DNA from: Octopus sinensis
Lineage: Eukaryota
Length of the DNA: 64,000 bases
Direction of reading: 5' to 3'
NCBI RefSeq assembly: GCF_006345805.1
Contig: NC_043002.1
Coordinates: forward strand, 100,998,001 to 101,062,000
Part shown: positions 1 through 12,129 of the stretch, one piece after another
How the letters are laid out: every line of letters begins with the position of its first letter
Numbering within the stretch: position 1 is the first letter of the stretch
Notes under the pieces: model-generated
Seen by the model: only the letters and a program-made list of their open reading frames with translations
Database searches by the model: none
What the model was told of the DNA's origin: nothing
Program-made: the position numbers and the translations under genes

Positions 1-400
1 TGCCCGACCACACCCTGAATACTGTTGCCCACTGTTGTCTTCCCCATACAAAGCAACTCATTTTGAATGTGGAAGCACTCCAGAGGTCATTAACAAGAAA
101 GACAGGCGGCGTGACAGACGTTGACTATTGGGATCGACTGAAATCACTCAATCTCTACTCTCACCAACGCCACCCGCAGCGCTACATCATTTGTGTGATG
201 TGGAAAATATTCCATCAATATTAGCACAAATGATGTTGCCATTAATTTTTAAATCCACCCAAGGCTTGGCCCCCGTGCTATCCGCCCACTAGAAAAATAG
301 AACTCAGGACACATAACAACATCACGCCGCAACTACTTTACCACAACCGGTCCAGCTCTCTTTAATACCAAACCAAAATACGTTAGAACAGAAACGGATC
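1..400 (+). mobile_element. CR1/L2-like LINE, decayed 3' RT region
   Basis: Translates to DYWDRLKSLNLYSHQR...RYIICVMWKIFHQY, a typical LINE RT C-terminus; same family as the antisense copy at 40210-41045. Confidence 0.6.
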
Positions 401-641
401 CAATAAAATTAAGAAGTTCGATTAAAAATAAAGAAAAAAACCCACGAAGCTTGGGATGGATGGAAAGGACGGATTAAACGGCTTAAGGATTAGCTTGTTA
501 TAACTGAATTAATATGATATGAGGCTACGCCACAAAATAAAATGATTCATTTTATAACATAAAACACAAAAACAGGCCAAAAGACATATTTTCAATAATA
601 TCATTGGCAGCATTTTACGGCGATTTACGGTAAAGCTTATA

Positions 642-1152
642 TCTTTATATATAAAAGAGAGGTTGTGTGCTGTCTGTCTCCTACGATTTAGATTCCTAAC
701 TACTCCCACATTTTGCGGTGCAGGTTAACCAAAACCGGGTATCTTATAGTCGTGATTCATATCGAGCCCGTCTGAGTATTAGCGCGCGTCTACGATGAGT
801 CTACGATTTTAAAAATAATTTAACATCATTTTTTATTCCATTTTAATGCATAATTTTCGTGTGTCGATGGCGGCGGAGTTGGCGTCCATGCTCACACCTG
901 CACCTGTTTGCTTCTCCCCTTTCTTCCCTCCCTCTTGAAGCTGTGGGGAAGGGAGTGTAAGGAAATCAACGTCGTAAAACGTTGTCAAGGAGACCAGCGT
1001 TCTTTTAGAACAACGACTTCATGGCTTGAAGACACCAAAACAGAAATGGCTAAGAAAGCCCGAATTGGCATCTATAAGGGAAGTAACTCTCTAAAAATGC
1101 TTATATAGTTATTTCCCTTACAAATCCGAGCAACGCCGGGCGATACTGCTAG
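642..1152 (+). mobile_element. Non-autonomous Helitron, copy 1
   Basis: 5' TC after A, 3' CCCGAGCAACGCCGGG hairpin then CTAG, followed by T; near-identical ends in copies at 1153, 15626 and 24876. Confidence 0.85.
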
Positions 1153-1546
1153 TTATATATAAAAGAGAGGCTGTGTGCTGTCTGTCTCCTACGATTTAGA
1201 TTCCTAACTACTCCCACATTTTGCGGTGCAGTTTAACCAAAACCGGGTATCTTATAGTCGTGATTCATATCAAGCTCTTCTGGATATTAGCGTTCGTCTA
1301 CGATGAGTCTACGATTTAAAAAAAAATTACCATCATTTTTTCCATTTTAATGCATCTTTCGCTATTATATAAGGGAAGTAACTCTCTAAAAATGTCTACG
1401 ATGAGTCAACGATTTAAAAAAAAATTACCATAATTTTTTTTCCATTTTTAATGCATTTTTTTGCTATTTTTTGGCTATAACTCTCTAAAAATGCTTATAT
1501 AGTTATTTCCCTTACAAACCCGAGCAACGCCGGGCGATACTGCTAG
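1153..1546 (+). mobile_element. Non-autonomous Helitron, copy 2 (head-to-tail with copy 1)
   Basis: Starts directly after the CTAG of copy 1 and ends in the same hairpin + CTAG|T. Confidence 0.85.
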
Positions 1547-1559
1547 TTTATAATAAAAA

Positions 1560-1870
1560 GTTTAATGTTTCGTTTGTGAGGCTGGAGTTAGGTCCCATTT
1601 CCACCAAGAGAGATAACAAACGTTAAGAGGCAAAAGCAATCTACGGAAACGGATCCCATAAAATTAACAAGCTTCACTGCACAACTTTCTTCAAAATATC
1701 CCAGACCAAACTCCTACACCCGGATATGTAACCAACGATAATAGCTCTTTGCTAGTATGGGCTACGGTGCCCCATTATATGACTAAAAGACATTACCAGG
1801 TAGTGCTATTAAGTTAGACATGCCCTGGGCTTATTCTGGCTGTAAACATATCATAGTTATATAGAAATTT
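1560..1870 (+). mobile_element. 3' tail of the CR1-like LINE family
   Basis: Reverse complement aligns with 40216-40340 (GCCCAGGnCATGTCTAACTTAATAGC...CATATCCGGGTGT). Confidence 0.55.
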
Positions 1871-2493
1871 TTCCCAATTCATAGTTTTACTGGATTAGAT
1901 AGCCTCGCCTGTCAAGGGAAGTAACTCTTGTCTCTGTTATCTCCCCTAGTAGTGATGGGACATAAATCCAGCCTCGCAAACGAAGCATTAAATTTTTCAG
2001 TTGTAAATCGTCGAAACATGTCCCCAATGATATTAATGAAAAGATGTTCTTTTGGTTTTATTTTGTTTTATGTAATAAAATAAATCAATGTTTTATGGCG
2101 TTGCCTCATTTCATATGAATTTAGTTATATCAAACTAATTCTGAGGCCAGTTAGTCTGTCCTTTCCAACCATGCCAATCTCCATGGTTTTTTCCTCATTT
2201 TAAGTCACCGCTTCTCCCAGACTTTCCCTTTTCTAGTTATATTATTTTTCTAAGACATACATCGCTTATTGTCTACTTTACCCCCTCTGAGATTCCTCAT
2301 CCACTGAGATTTTTTTAAGAAAATTCTTGTCCTATGTCTACAGCTCATTGCGTTTGGGAATTCATTTTGTGACCATATTTTGGTGAAATAAATCTCAGTT
2401 GGGTCGAGGTTACATAAAATAAATCGAGAATTCTAGTAATTTTTTTAACTTCTTGGGCTCCAAACATCAGTTAATTGTGTTAATATTGTACAT

Positions 2494-2911
2494 AGGCGCA
2501 GGAGTGGCTGTGTGGTGAATAGCTTGTTTACCAACCACATGGTTCCGGGTTAAGTCCCACTGCGTGGCACCTTGGGCAAGTGTCTTCTACTATAGCCTCG
2601 GTCCGACCAAAGCCTTGTGAGTGGATTTGGTAGACGGAAACTGAAAGAAGCCCGTCGTATATATGTATGTATATATATATGCGTGCGTGTGTTTGTGTGT
2701 CTGTGTTTGTCCCCCTAGCATTGCTTGACAACCGATGCTGGTGTGTTTATGTCCCTGTTACTTAGCGGTTCGGCAAAAGAGACCGATAGAATAAGTACTG
2801 GGCTTACAAAAGAATAAGTCCCGGGGTCGATTTGCTCGATTAAAAGGTGGTACTCCAGCATGGTCGCAGTCAAATGACTGAAACAAGTAAAAGAATAAAG
2901 AGTAAAAGAGT
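2494..2911 (+). mobile_element. tRNA-derived SINE, family A (octopus OK/OR-like)
   Basis: tRNA-like head AGGCGCAGGAGTGGCTGTGTGG...GGTTnAGTCCC, internal (TA)(TG) tract, (GTAAAAGA)n tail; many copies in the window. Confidence 0.85.
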
Positions 2912-3267
2912 ATGTCCATTCCTTTGGAGTTAGTGAAGGGTGGAGTAAAACCAGTGGTATTTTGACTGGTACCTTATGAAACTCAGAAATACACAGGTGA
3001 AAGACCTCCCTGAAGGGATTTGAACTGAACACATAAAGGGATGTAAGTGAATCCCTTTCTAATCAAAAGCAAAATCATATACACACAACCATGAATGATA
3101 GAGAGTAGTGTTTAGCTATGAGACAACCTAGGAAAATAACTGGACTCTGGTTAAGTTGATTTGTATACCAGTAATACATCCCAAATGTCAGAAACGAAAA
3201 CAGTTTATGTACATAATGAGAACTGCACTGATAATTTATTCCTGCCGATGTTAGTGGTACATTGACA

Positions 3268-3540
3268 ATCATCATCATTATGGTTTAACAGCCATTTTCC
3301 ATGCTAGCATGGGTTGGACGGTACGGCTGGGGTCTGGGAATCCAGGAGGCTGCACCAGGCTCCAGTCTGATCTGGATACCCTTCGTAATGCTAACCACTC
3401 CGTGAGTGTAGTGGGTGCTTTTTGTGTCACCAGCATGGATGCCAGGCAAAGCGGCGTTGGTATCGGCCATGTTCGAATGGTGCTTTTTACATGCCACTGG
3501 CACAGGTATCACAACTACAATTTCCATTTGATTTTTATTT
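3268..3540 (-). mobile_element. RTE LINE 3' UTR fragment
   Basis: Matches the 3' end of the RTE at 5820-7872 (GGATGCCCTTCCTAAYGCCAACCACTCC motif, (GAT)n tail). Confidence 0.7.
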
Positions 3541-4074
3541 TGATGTTAAAGTACTTGAATGAATATGTCTCCTCAAGCACAGCAGGTCACCCTACGATCC
3601 AAGGTTATTACTCACTCCAAGATAACCCTTTCACATATGAATCAATGATCAAAGGATATTGCAATATTATGTACAAAGATCGTCACAGTGAAGCACTAAT
3701 TAGAAAGTCTCTCTTTTCATCTACATTCCTGTATTTGTGCTTGTTTGTAATTCCCATTCCAACAATTCAATATTTAGTAAACATGTTAAAACGGAGTATT
3801 AACTGTGATAGCTTCACCATACTTGTGGAAGTCATGAATGATTTGTATAAGTACGTACATAATTTCCCAGGTACATATTAAACATTATTTAAGTATGAAA
3901 TAATTAAGAGATGCTACCTGGAGTAATATCAAATGTGAATTAGCTTATTTCTTGCCTGGATGATTGAAAGGTGAAGTGGAAGTACATGTGATCTAAGAAA
4001 AAACTTATTTGCCAGGGACCAATTTTATTTCCTTTATTCCAGTACCTTCAAGAAACAACAGCAGACATGTTTCA

Positions 4075-4482
4075 ATCTTATTTTTAATGTTTACCTCTGG
4101 TAAGTAGCTTGCATACCAACCACATGTTCCGGATTCAGTCCCACTGCGTGGCACCTTGTGAAAGTGTCTTCTACTATAGCCATGGGCCAACCGAAGCCTT
4201 GTGAATGGATTTGGTAGACGGAAACTGAAAGAAGCCTGTTGTATATATGTATATATATATATGTGTGTGTGTATATGTTTGTGTGTCTGTGTTTGTCCCC
4301 CCAACATTGCTTGACAACCGATGCTGGTGTGTTTACATCCCGGTAACTTAGCAGTTCGGCAAAAGAGACCGATAGAATAAGTACTAGGCTTACAAAGAAT
4401 AAGTCATGGGATCGATTTGCTCGACTAAAGGCGGTGCTCCAGCATGGCCACAGTCAAAATGACTGAAACAAGTAAAAGAGAG
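4075..4482 (+). mobile_element. SINE family A, 5'-truncated
   Basis: Colinear with 2494-2911. Confidence 0.8.
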
Positions 4483-5139
4483 TAAAAAGAGATATCTACA
4501 TCAATATCAGGAACATAGAATGTTATTGCCGCTTTTCTGATCCCATCAGCCAAACCTAGTTCCTGCTGTGCTGGGAACCTTACTTCAATCATCTCCAAAG
4601 TAATGGAAATAATTGTAACAGCTTTGTTCAGTTTATTTTCTTTCTCTGTAAATACCAAGATTGTGATTTTGTTGAACCAGACCCAGCAGACAATTTTTCC
4701 TCCTATATCACACATTTGATGGATTGGTACAAGAACTTCCTGAAACTAAGGCATTGTTTTATAACAGCAACAAGTTAATGTATCATGTGGAAGCAGGGCG
4801 GGGGGGGGGGTGTCTTGTGGTTAGTGTCCAGTCTCATGATTGCAAGGTTATGCGTGTGATTTCTTTCCTTGAGTAAGGCGTTTCATTTCAATTTCTTCGA
4901 GCCCAAAGGAAACTGTACGAACCTCCTCCTCGGCTGTCACATTTCTGACATGACAGCTGAACAAGGAAAGGCTGCATGTACATCTGTCTTGTGACTCTAT
5001 GGACACTTAAAAGAAGTTGTGAAAGCATAATACACTACTACTAAGTGTCATATATGCTGGCAATTGATGCCTTGGTTGGTTTGGTCATGCCTTTCAAAAT
5101 GTGTTGAAAGACTATATTTTTGTATTGAAGTCATTTCAA

Positions 5140-5292
5140 TTAAAATGTGCAGAGAGGTGTCTTGTAAGAGTTATAATAATTAAAGTAAAGTATAGTTATG
5201 ATCGTAGATGAATGCTTCATAGATGTAGGATCATAACTATACTTTACTTTAATTATTATAACACTTACAGGACACCACTCTGCACATTTTAA
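5140..5292. repeat. Long near-perfect inverted repeat (about 64-bp arms, 25-nt loop)
   Basis: TTAAAATGTGCAGAG...TATAGTTATGATC versus GATCATAACTATA...CTCTGCACATTTTAA, with 3 substitutions and 1 indel. Confidence 0.9.
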
Positions 5293-5819
5293 TTCATCTA
5301 CGAAGCAATTGCCCCAGCTCCCCTTCAGGGTTGGTGAAAGCGATGTGATGGACAACGAAAAACCTGGCTGATGACAGTCAAGGCTGATCTGGAACCCAAC
5401 TAGGCCCCCATATCTACAGCGTTTGCTGCTGGAATAAGGAGTGGTTGGAGATCACACGGTCGTTAGCCTCAAATCGCGAGGCCTGGTCGGCGTTTGTGAG
5501 AGATGCAGCATTGAGGATGAATGAAGCCAGCTCAACCCACCCAGGGTGAATGCTGTCTCAAGTCAAGTCATAGTTATGATCACATTTAATTAACAAGTTT
5601 GTGTACATTTAGGCAAAGAATGACAATAAACTGAACAAGTTGTCTCGAGAGAAGAAATTCAATATAGGCATATACACAAGGCCATAAATAATGTCATTGG
5701 ACTATAGGATGCATGCAATTTTTCTCTTGAGACAACCAGCGTAGTGTACTGTCTTTCTACATCCGAATGGACATGAACATGTCAAATATGAATGTACATA
5801 ATCTAATTTTGATTTAACG

Positions 5820-7872
5820 ATATTTAGTCCATCAGAAATCACAGCTGAGATGCCTAAAATATCTGGCAGTGTAGGGTATAGTCTAGTCACCCGTATAGTT
5901 AACCAGGTGATACATAAAGGAGTCATACCCAATGACTGGTGTAGCAGCATCATAGTCAACTGCTACAAAGGTAAAGATGATGTCTTAGATAGAAATAATT
6001 ACAGAGGTATCCAATTGATCGATCAGGTGATGGAATGGGACATAGAGAGGGTCATAGCCAAACTAATTAGGGAGAGAGTTAGTTTAGATGAGATGCAGTT
6101 TGGGTTTGTTCCAGGGAGAAGCACAACTACTGCTATATTTCTGGTAAGACAGCTACAGGAGAAATACCTAGTCAAAGATAAACCTCTGTACTTGGCTTTT
6201 GTTGATGTGGAGGAAGCCTTTGACAGGGTCCCCAGATCCCTTACCTCATGGTCAAGGTAGAAACTAGGGATAAATGAGTGGTTGATGAGAGCTGTACAAG
6301 CCATGTACAGGGATGCTGTCAGTAAGGTGAGCATTGGCAATGAGTACAGTGAAGAATTCATGGCATAAGTAGGGATTCACTAAGGAACAGTCCTCAGCGC
6401 TTGCTTGTTCATCATAGTCGTCAAGGCGATATCAGGAATTCAAGACAGGCTTTCCCTGGGAGCTTCTTTATGCTGATGACCTGCTCTAATAGCTGAATCA
6501 CTACCAGAACTAGAGAAGAAGTTTCAGGTGTGCAACCAAGGTCTAGAATGGAAGAGCCTTAGAGTTAACCTAGCTAAAAGCAAAGTCTTAGTAAGTATGG
6601 AGGCAGACAAGTCACAAATCCCTTCCGATAGATGGCCCTACTTGATCTGTGGAAGAGGCATAGGTGGAAAACTCCATAAGATGAACCCGGTGTAAGCTAT
6701 GGACACATAAGAAGTGCAACAATATCAGAATGTTAACCAGGACAATGTACAGAAAATGAATTCCATCACATACCGGGTGGGGGTGGGTGAACTAGAAGTA
6801 GTCGATAGCTTCCATTACCGAAGTGACCAAGCCAGTATTGGGGGTAGATGCTCTAAGAGCGTAACTCCTAAAATAAAATAGGCTGGGAAAAGTTCTGAGA
6901 GCTCCTACCTCTGCAAGTAATAAAGGGCCCTCTCCCTAAAAATGAAAGGCAGCCTGTACGATGTCTGTGTGAAACAGCCATGCTACACAGCAGTGAAACA
7001 TGGGCTGTTTCTGTTTGAGGACATGCGTAAGCTTGTAAGAAATGAAGCTAATATGCTTTGCTGGATGTGTAATGTCAGTGAACATGCACAACAGAATGTA
7101 AGCATCCTGAGCAAAAAGTTGGACATAAGAAGCATCAGATGTGGTGCACAAGAGAGGTGCTTGGATTGGTATGACCATGTGAATTTTATGGGTGAGGAGA
7201 GCTGTGTGAAGGAAGAAGTGTCACACTCTAACAGTGAAGGGAACTTGTGGAAGAGGTAGACCCGGAAAGTCATATGACGAGGTGGTGAAGCATGATCTTC
7301 AAATGTTGGACTTCACAGAGCAATGAGAAGCGATCGAGACCTTTGGAGATATGCCGTGCTTGATAAGACCCATGAAACCAAGTGAGATTTTAGTTGTGGT
7401 CGATGCTAGTGTCATGTAACTGGCCCTTTAAAAGCACCCTTCCATCAATGGGCGATATCTCGTGTGTATGAAGACCTGTCGAAGCAAGTGAAATCGTAGA
7501 CATGGGTGATGCCAGTACCGTCTGACTAGCACCCATGCCAGTCACACGTAAAAAGCACTGTTCGAGCATTGGGCCTCATGAAGGCGGTGACAGGTGACCA
7601 AGATCTTTGGTTATATATTGTGCTTGTGTAAACTTGTCAAGCTAAGTGAGACCATAGTCATGACCAATGTTGCTGTCAGATTATTGACACCCATACCAGT
7701 GGCACATAAAAAACACCCACTATACTGTCAGAATGGTTGGTGTTAGGAAGGGCATTCAGCTGTAGAAACGTTGCCAAATCAGATCAGAACTTGGTGCAGC
7801 CCTCTGGCTTACCACTTTTCAGTCAAACCGTCCAACCCATGCCAGGTGGGAAAGCAGGCGTTAAATGATGAT
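5820..7872 (+). mobile_element. RTE-clade LINE, 5'-truncated and disrupted
   Basis: RT motifs (NYRGIQL, QFGFVPG, LAFVD.E.AFDRVP, ELLYADD), stops and frameshifts, sub-repeated 3' UTR, ends GTTAAATGATGAT; homologous to 62196-64000. Confidence 0.9.
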
Positions 7873-8309
7873 TAGTCAGTGACTACTGTATTAGTCACTG
7901 ACTTTTGTCATGGCTTACTTAATTACAGTTAGCATTAAATGTCTTAGCATGAAGCTATTGTTTTCCATGCAAATGGCGTCTCTGAGTAATTTATTTTCTA
8001 GCGAATTCCATTTCTCTTCACCAATCAATGTTATGCCCCCATCCCAACAGAAAACCTATTATTTGCCGATGAAATCACAATGAAATGAAATATATTATCA
8101 GTTATCTTCCACACTTGCAAAATAGTTTACAATTTGCACTCGGTGTATGATATCGTTTTTGTATTAATTTGAAAGAAAACTACATGATGGTCACATGAGC
8201 TGAAATTTCTGGGTGAATAAGTGTGAGTAGATTGACGCAAGCTGTTAGTGTTCTTTGTGCTTATTTTCATTTTATCAACTGGGAAAAGAAACAACTTTAT
8301 TTCTACACC

Positions 8310-8649
8310 CTATGGCTAATCACATGACCATATATGAAAACCTCTTTGAAACAGAAGAGCATTATGAAAAAGCTAAAGATCTAATAATGGAAACTTATGG
8401 TTATTTTTCAGTTTCAAAAGATTTGAAGAAACTGTTTCTCATGTTCTTAAAGAGATTGAGAAGTTCATGTCTCAAGGGTCATATTTTTATCAAAGTTGTA
8501 AAGTTTCTACAGGGTTTAAATATATTTGCTATTGTGGAATTTATAAAGAAGAGACTGTCATGAAAGTCAGAAACTTCTACAACTTCTTTTATTTCTATAC
8601 ACTTTTGCTTGGACACTGGCTTTTAACAATAGGTTTTCCCTTATCTTGA
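8310..8649 (+). other. Unidentified coding-like segment across two overlapping frames
   Basis: MANHMTIYENLFETEEHYEKAK continues after a frame change as NNGNLWLFFSFKRFEETVSHVLKEIEKFMSQGSYFYQSCK...; no family recognised. Confidence 0.25.
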
Positions 8650-9377
8650 AAAGTAATTTTTAATCTAAAAAATTTCTATACGATGAACTTTTATCTTAAC
8701 TTATATATTATTTATTTATATGTTTCCTATATATATGTATTTTTATATATTTTTATATATCTATATATTTATATATTTATTTATATTTTTATGTATTTAT
8801 TATTCTAGATGTTGTAATGTTAAAATATATATTTTTTAGCCGCTAAAGTATTAATCATTAATTTTTAACCGCGATAGACTGTATTCACAGATTTTTCTTA
8901 TATTTTTCTTATATGCTTGTATTGATGAGCTGTGTTTCATCTTCCGTGACTTTATGCATGTATATTCTATGTGAAAGAAAAAGCATTATGTGATTAAGTG
9001 TTCGAGATATGAAATGTTACGTGGATGACCTTATGTTTGTTTGTTCCGCAACCATAGTTTAATATATTTGTCTCATTTAATTGAGCACTTCTATAGCAGT
9101 CCCATTAAACATTTTGTTCCTGATAAGAAACAATCACTTTATCATTGATATATATATTTATTTATTTTATCTAGTTTCAGCTCACGAGCTGTGGCCATGC
9201 TGGGGCATATATATATATATATAAAAATATATATATATATATATATAACGGTAAGCTTTATGAAAATAGACAAAAGACGAAGGCAGGTTTACGGAAATAA
9301 ACAAAAGACGAAGGCAGGTGGAATAGAAACAAACAATTGTATTAGTATGGCGCTCAGGACATATAAATGAAACAAGT

Positions 9378-9413
9378 CTTTAACGTTTCGAGCCTACGCT
9401 CTTCAACAGAAAG
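9378..9413 (-). ncRNA. Minimal hammerhead ribozyme-like motif (Penelope type)
   Basis: CUUU-CUGUUGAA-GAGC(GUAG)GCUC-GAAA-CGU-U-AAAG: stem I, stem II and loopless palindromic stem III all pair; core is a variant. Confidence 0.55.
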
Positions 9414-9659
9414 ATACACAGAGAAAAAAACACAGAAAGAAGGAGAGAAAAAAAATATGCATGCAGAAGCTAGCGAATCAACATGGCGATCTGATTTCGG
9501 CCAGAAGTCAAAGATCAAACATGAGACGCAAGAGCGAAATTAGGGGAGATAATAGGGTTGAATGACCCCGCTCAAACATAAGAGTGTGTGTGTATGAGAA
9601 GAGTGTGTGTATGAGAGGTCTAGACGTGTGTATGTATATATGATGTGATGTGTAAAGTC

Positions 9660-9945
9660 GTATGGTGTAGTGTAGAGAGAGGAGAAGAGGGGGTAAGGGG
9701 GAGGGGGGAGAGGAGGGGGGAGAAAGAAAGGGGAGAAGAGGGGAGAAGGAAAGGGGAGAAGAGGAGGGAGAGAGAAGGAAGGAGAGGAGAAGAGGAGGGG
9801 GAGAAGGAAGGAGAGGAGAAGAGGAGGGGAGATATATAAATATCTATCTATCTATCTATCTATCTATATATATATATATATATATATACATACATACATA
9901 CATACATACATACATACATACATACATACATCATCATCATCGTTT
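9660..9945. repeat. Purine-rich GA tract followed by compound (TCTA)(TA)(TACA)(CAT) microsatellite
   Basis: Directly visible. Confidence 0.9.
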
Positions 9946-10250
9946 AACATTCGTTTTCCTTGCTGTCATGGGCTGGATGGTTCGACAGGGGTCTGGAAAG
10001 CCAGGAGGCAGCACCAGGCTTCAGTCTGATCTGGAAGTGTTTCTACAGCTGGATGCCCTTCCTAACGCCAACCAATCTGAGAGTGTAGTGGGTGCTTTGT
10101 ATGTGCCACTGGCACAGGGGCCAGAGGGGGCTGGCAACAACCACGATCGGTTGGTGCTTTTTATGTGCCACTGGCACGGAAACCAGTCAAACTGACATCA
10201 GCCACGTTCGGATCACAACTACAATTTCCATTTCAGTTTGATTTTGATAT
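9930..10250 (-). mobile_element. RTE LINE 3' UTR fragment
   Basis: Same motif set as 3268-3540. Confidence 0.7.
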
Positions 10251-10647
10251 ATCTACATACTGACAAACAGTTAGTTTAGAGTACTGAGTTCAACTCCAGC
10301 CAGTAGCCACATCCAATGGATGGCCTGCAATAATCTATTCTAGGTTCAAGTCATCCACAGACGTTCAGTAAGCAATGATATATCACAAACTTTCAAGTAG
10401 AAAATATTTTCAAAACATGGACTGAATAAACATCAAAGTGGATCTCCACCTGTATTAGAGTGAGCATTTATATATTTATAGCTTCTTCTCATTTTGTTGG
10501 ACATTTTGTATACTAATAGTTTGCTCCACAATCACCAACTTCCAATAATTTATTGCATGAATGGCATATATTTTGCATATTATGTATTCTATCAGTTGTT
10601 CATAATATAGGAAAGTATTTTTACAACTACACACAAACGTGTATATA

Positions 10648-10975
10648 CAGGGGCTGGACAAAATAATGGAAACACCTTAAAACTTCAAACAAATTTATTT
10701 TAATATAGGGTAGGACACCTTTGGCAGTAATTACATCATGAATTCTATGAGGTATGGACTTGTACAAAATTTGAATTGTTTCCAAAGGAAATTTTGTCCA
10801 TTCTTCAGCTAAAACAGTCTCCAGTTTTTGTAGTGATGATGGTGAAGGATATCGACTCCTTACTTGTTTTTCTAAAATGCACCATAAATGTTCAATAATA
10901 TTGAGATATGGGGACTGTGGTGACCAGATAAGTTGTTCAACTTCACTAGAATGTTCCTCGTGCCATCCAGTAACA
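10648..10975 (-). mobile_element. Tc1 transposon 3' end with one TIR
   Basis: WSPQSPYLNIIEHLWCILEKQVR (WPPQSPDLNPIE-type motif); TA|CAGGGGCTGGACAAAATAATGGAAACAC terminus. Confidence 0.8.
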
Positions 10976-11029
10976 TTGTGAGTGAAGTTGGTAAATGGAA
11001 ACTGAAAGAAGGTTAAATGGATGGAGTAA

Positions 11030-11345
11030 GTGCAGGCATGGCTGTGTGGTAAGAAGTTTGCTTCCCAACCACATGGTTCTGGGTTCAGTTCCACTGTGTG
11101 GCATCTTGGGCAAATGTCCTCTGCTATAGCCTACAATAGCCTCAAACCAACCAAAGCCTTGTGAGTGAGTTGGGGAGATGGAAACTGAAAGAAGCCTGTC
11201 ATGTATATATCTATATATGTGTGTCTGTGTTTATCGCCCCCACCACCACCACCACTGCTTGACAACCAGTGTTATTAGCTTGCTTACATCTCTGTAACCT
11301 AGTGATTTGGCAAAAAGAGACTAATAAATACAAGGCTTCAAAAAT
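11030..11345 (+). mobile_element. SINE family A, diverged
   Basis: Colinear with 2494-2911. Confidence 0.75.
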
Positions 11346-11689
11346 TAGCACTGAGATTGATTAGTTTGACTAAACCCTTCAAAGCCACATTCAAATAAGT
11401 GAAACAAATATAAAAGATATTGGTGAAGACCCTCTTTCTGACACACTACACTGGATAACTCTTATGTCCAGTCTTTCTCTCAGCACATTTATACTTTTAT
11501 GGCATTTATGTACATTTGCATTGCTGAAGACCTTTCCAAGTTAACAGAATCTATCAACTTCTTCTTCTAGTGAGCCATTTGGTCATTTAAGGCAGTCGAT
11601 TTCCAGTGTGTTCATAGGACATATTACTCCGGTGTTTATGTTCTCTTGTTAGTGATTTCACTACACCTTTTGTGTATCCACACTGGCAT

Positions 11690-12077
11690 TTGTGCCCCAT
11701 GCTAGTAGGGTGCTAAGAGCACCATCCGAGCATGATCGTTGCCAGAGCGGCTAACTGGCTTCTGTGCCGGTGACATGTAGGAAGCACCATTCGAGCAGGA
11801 TCGTTACCAACGTCGGCTTACTGGCACCTGTGCCGTTGGCATATGTAAAAAGATTCGAGCGAGGTCGTTGCCAGTACCACCTGACTGGTCCCCATGCCAG
11901 TGGCACATAAAAGCACCTACTACACTCTCGGAGTGGTTGGCATTAGGAAAGGCATCCAGCTGTAGAAACTGCCAGATCAAGACTGGAGCCTGGTGCAGCC
12001 ATCTGGTTCGCCAGCTCTCAGTCAAACTGTCCAACCCATGCTAGCATTGAAAGCGGACATTAAACGATGATGATGAT
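11690..12077 (+). mobile_element. RTE LINE 3' UTR with internal tandem sub-repeats
   Basis: Repeated GCACCATYCGAGC...CGTTRCCA units; ends CATTAAACGATGATGATG. Confidence 0.75.
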
Positions 12078-12129
12078 AGCTTACATTGGGTACAGTGTAG
12101 GCAGTTTATATAACTCCTACTTTTCTGCA

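Noticed and set aside
3309-3881. 190-aa ORF
   Set aside because: The first half is an RTE 3' UTR fragment and the rest has no protein-like signal; a chance open frame.
4960-5000. Minus-strand VTRQMYMQP resembling PSMC3 STRQTYFLP
   Set aside because: Flanking residues do not match and there are no splice signals.
10490-10550. Minus-strand LLEVGDCGAN resembling the next PSMC3 exon (LLDV...DGAN)
   Set aside because: No AG acceptor upstream and an immediate in-frame stop.
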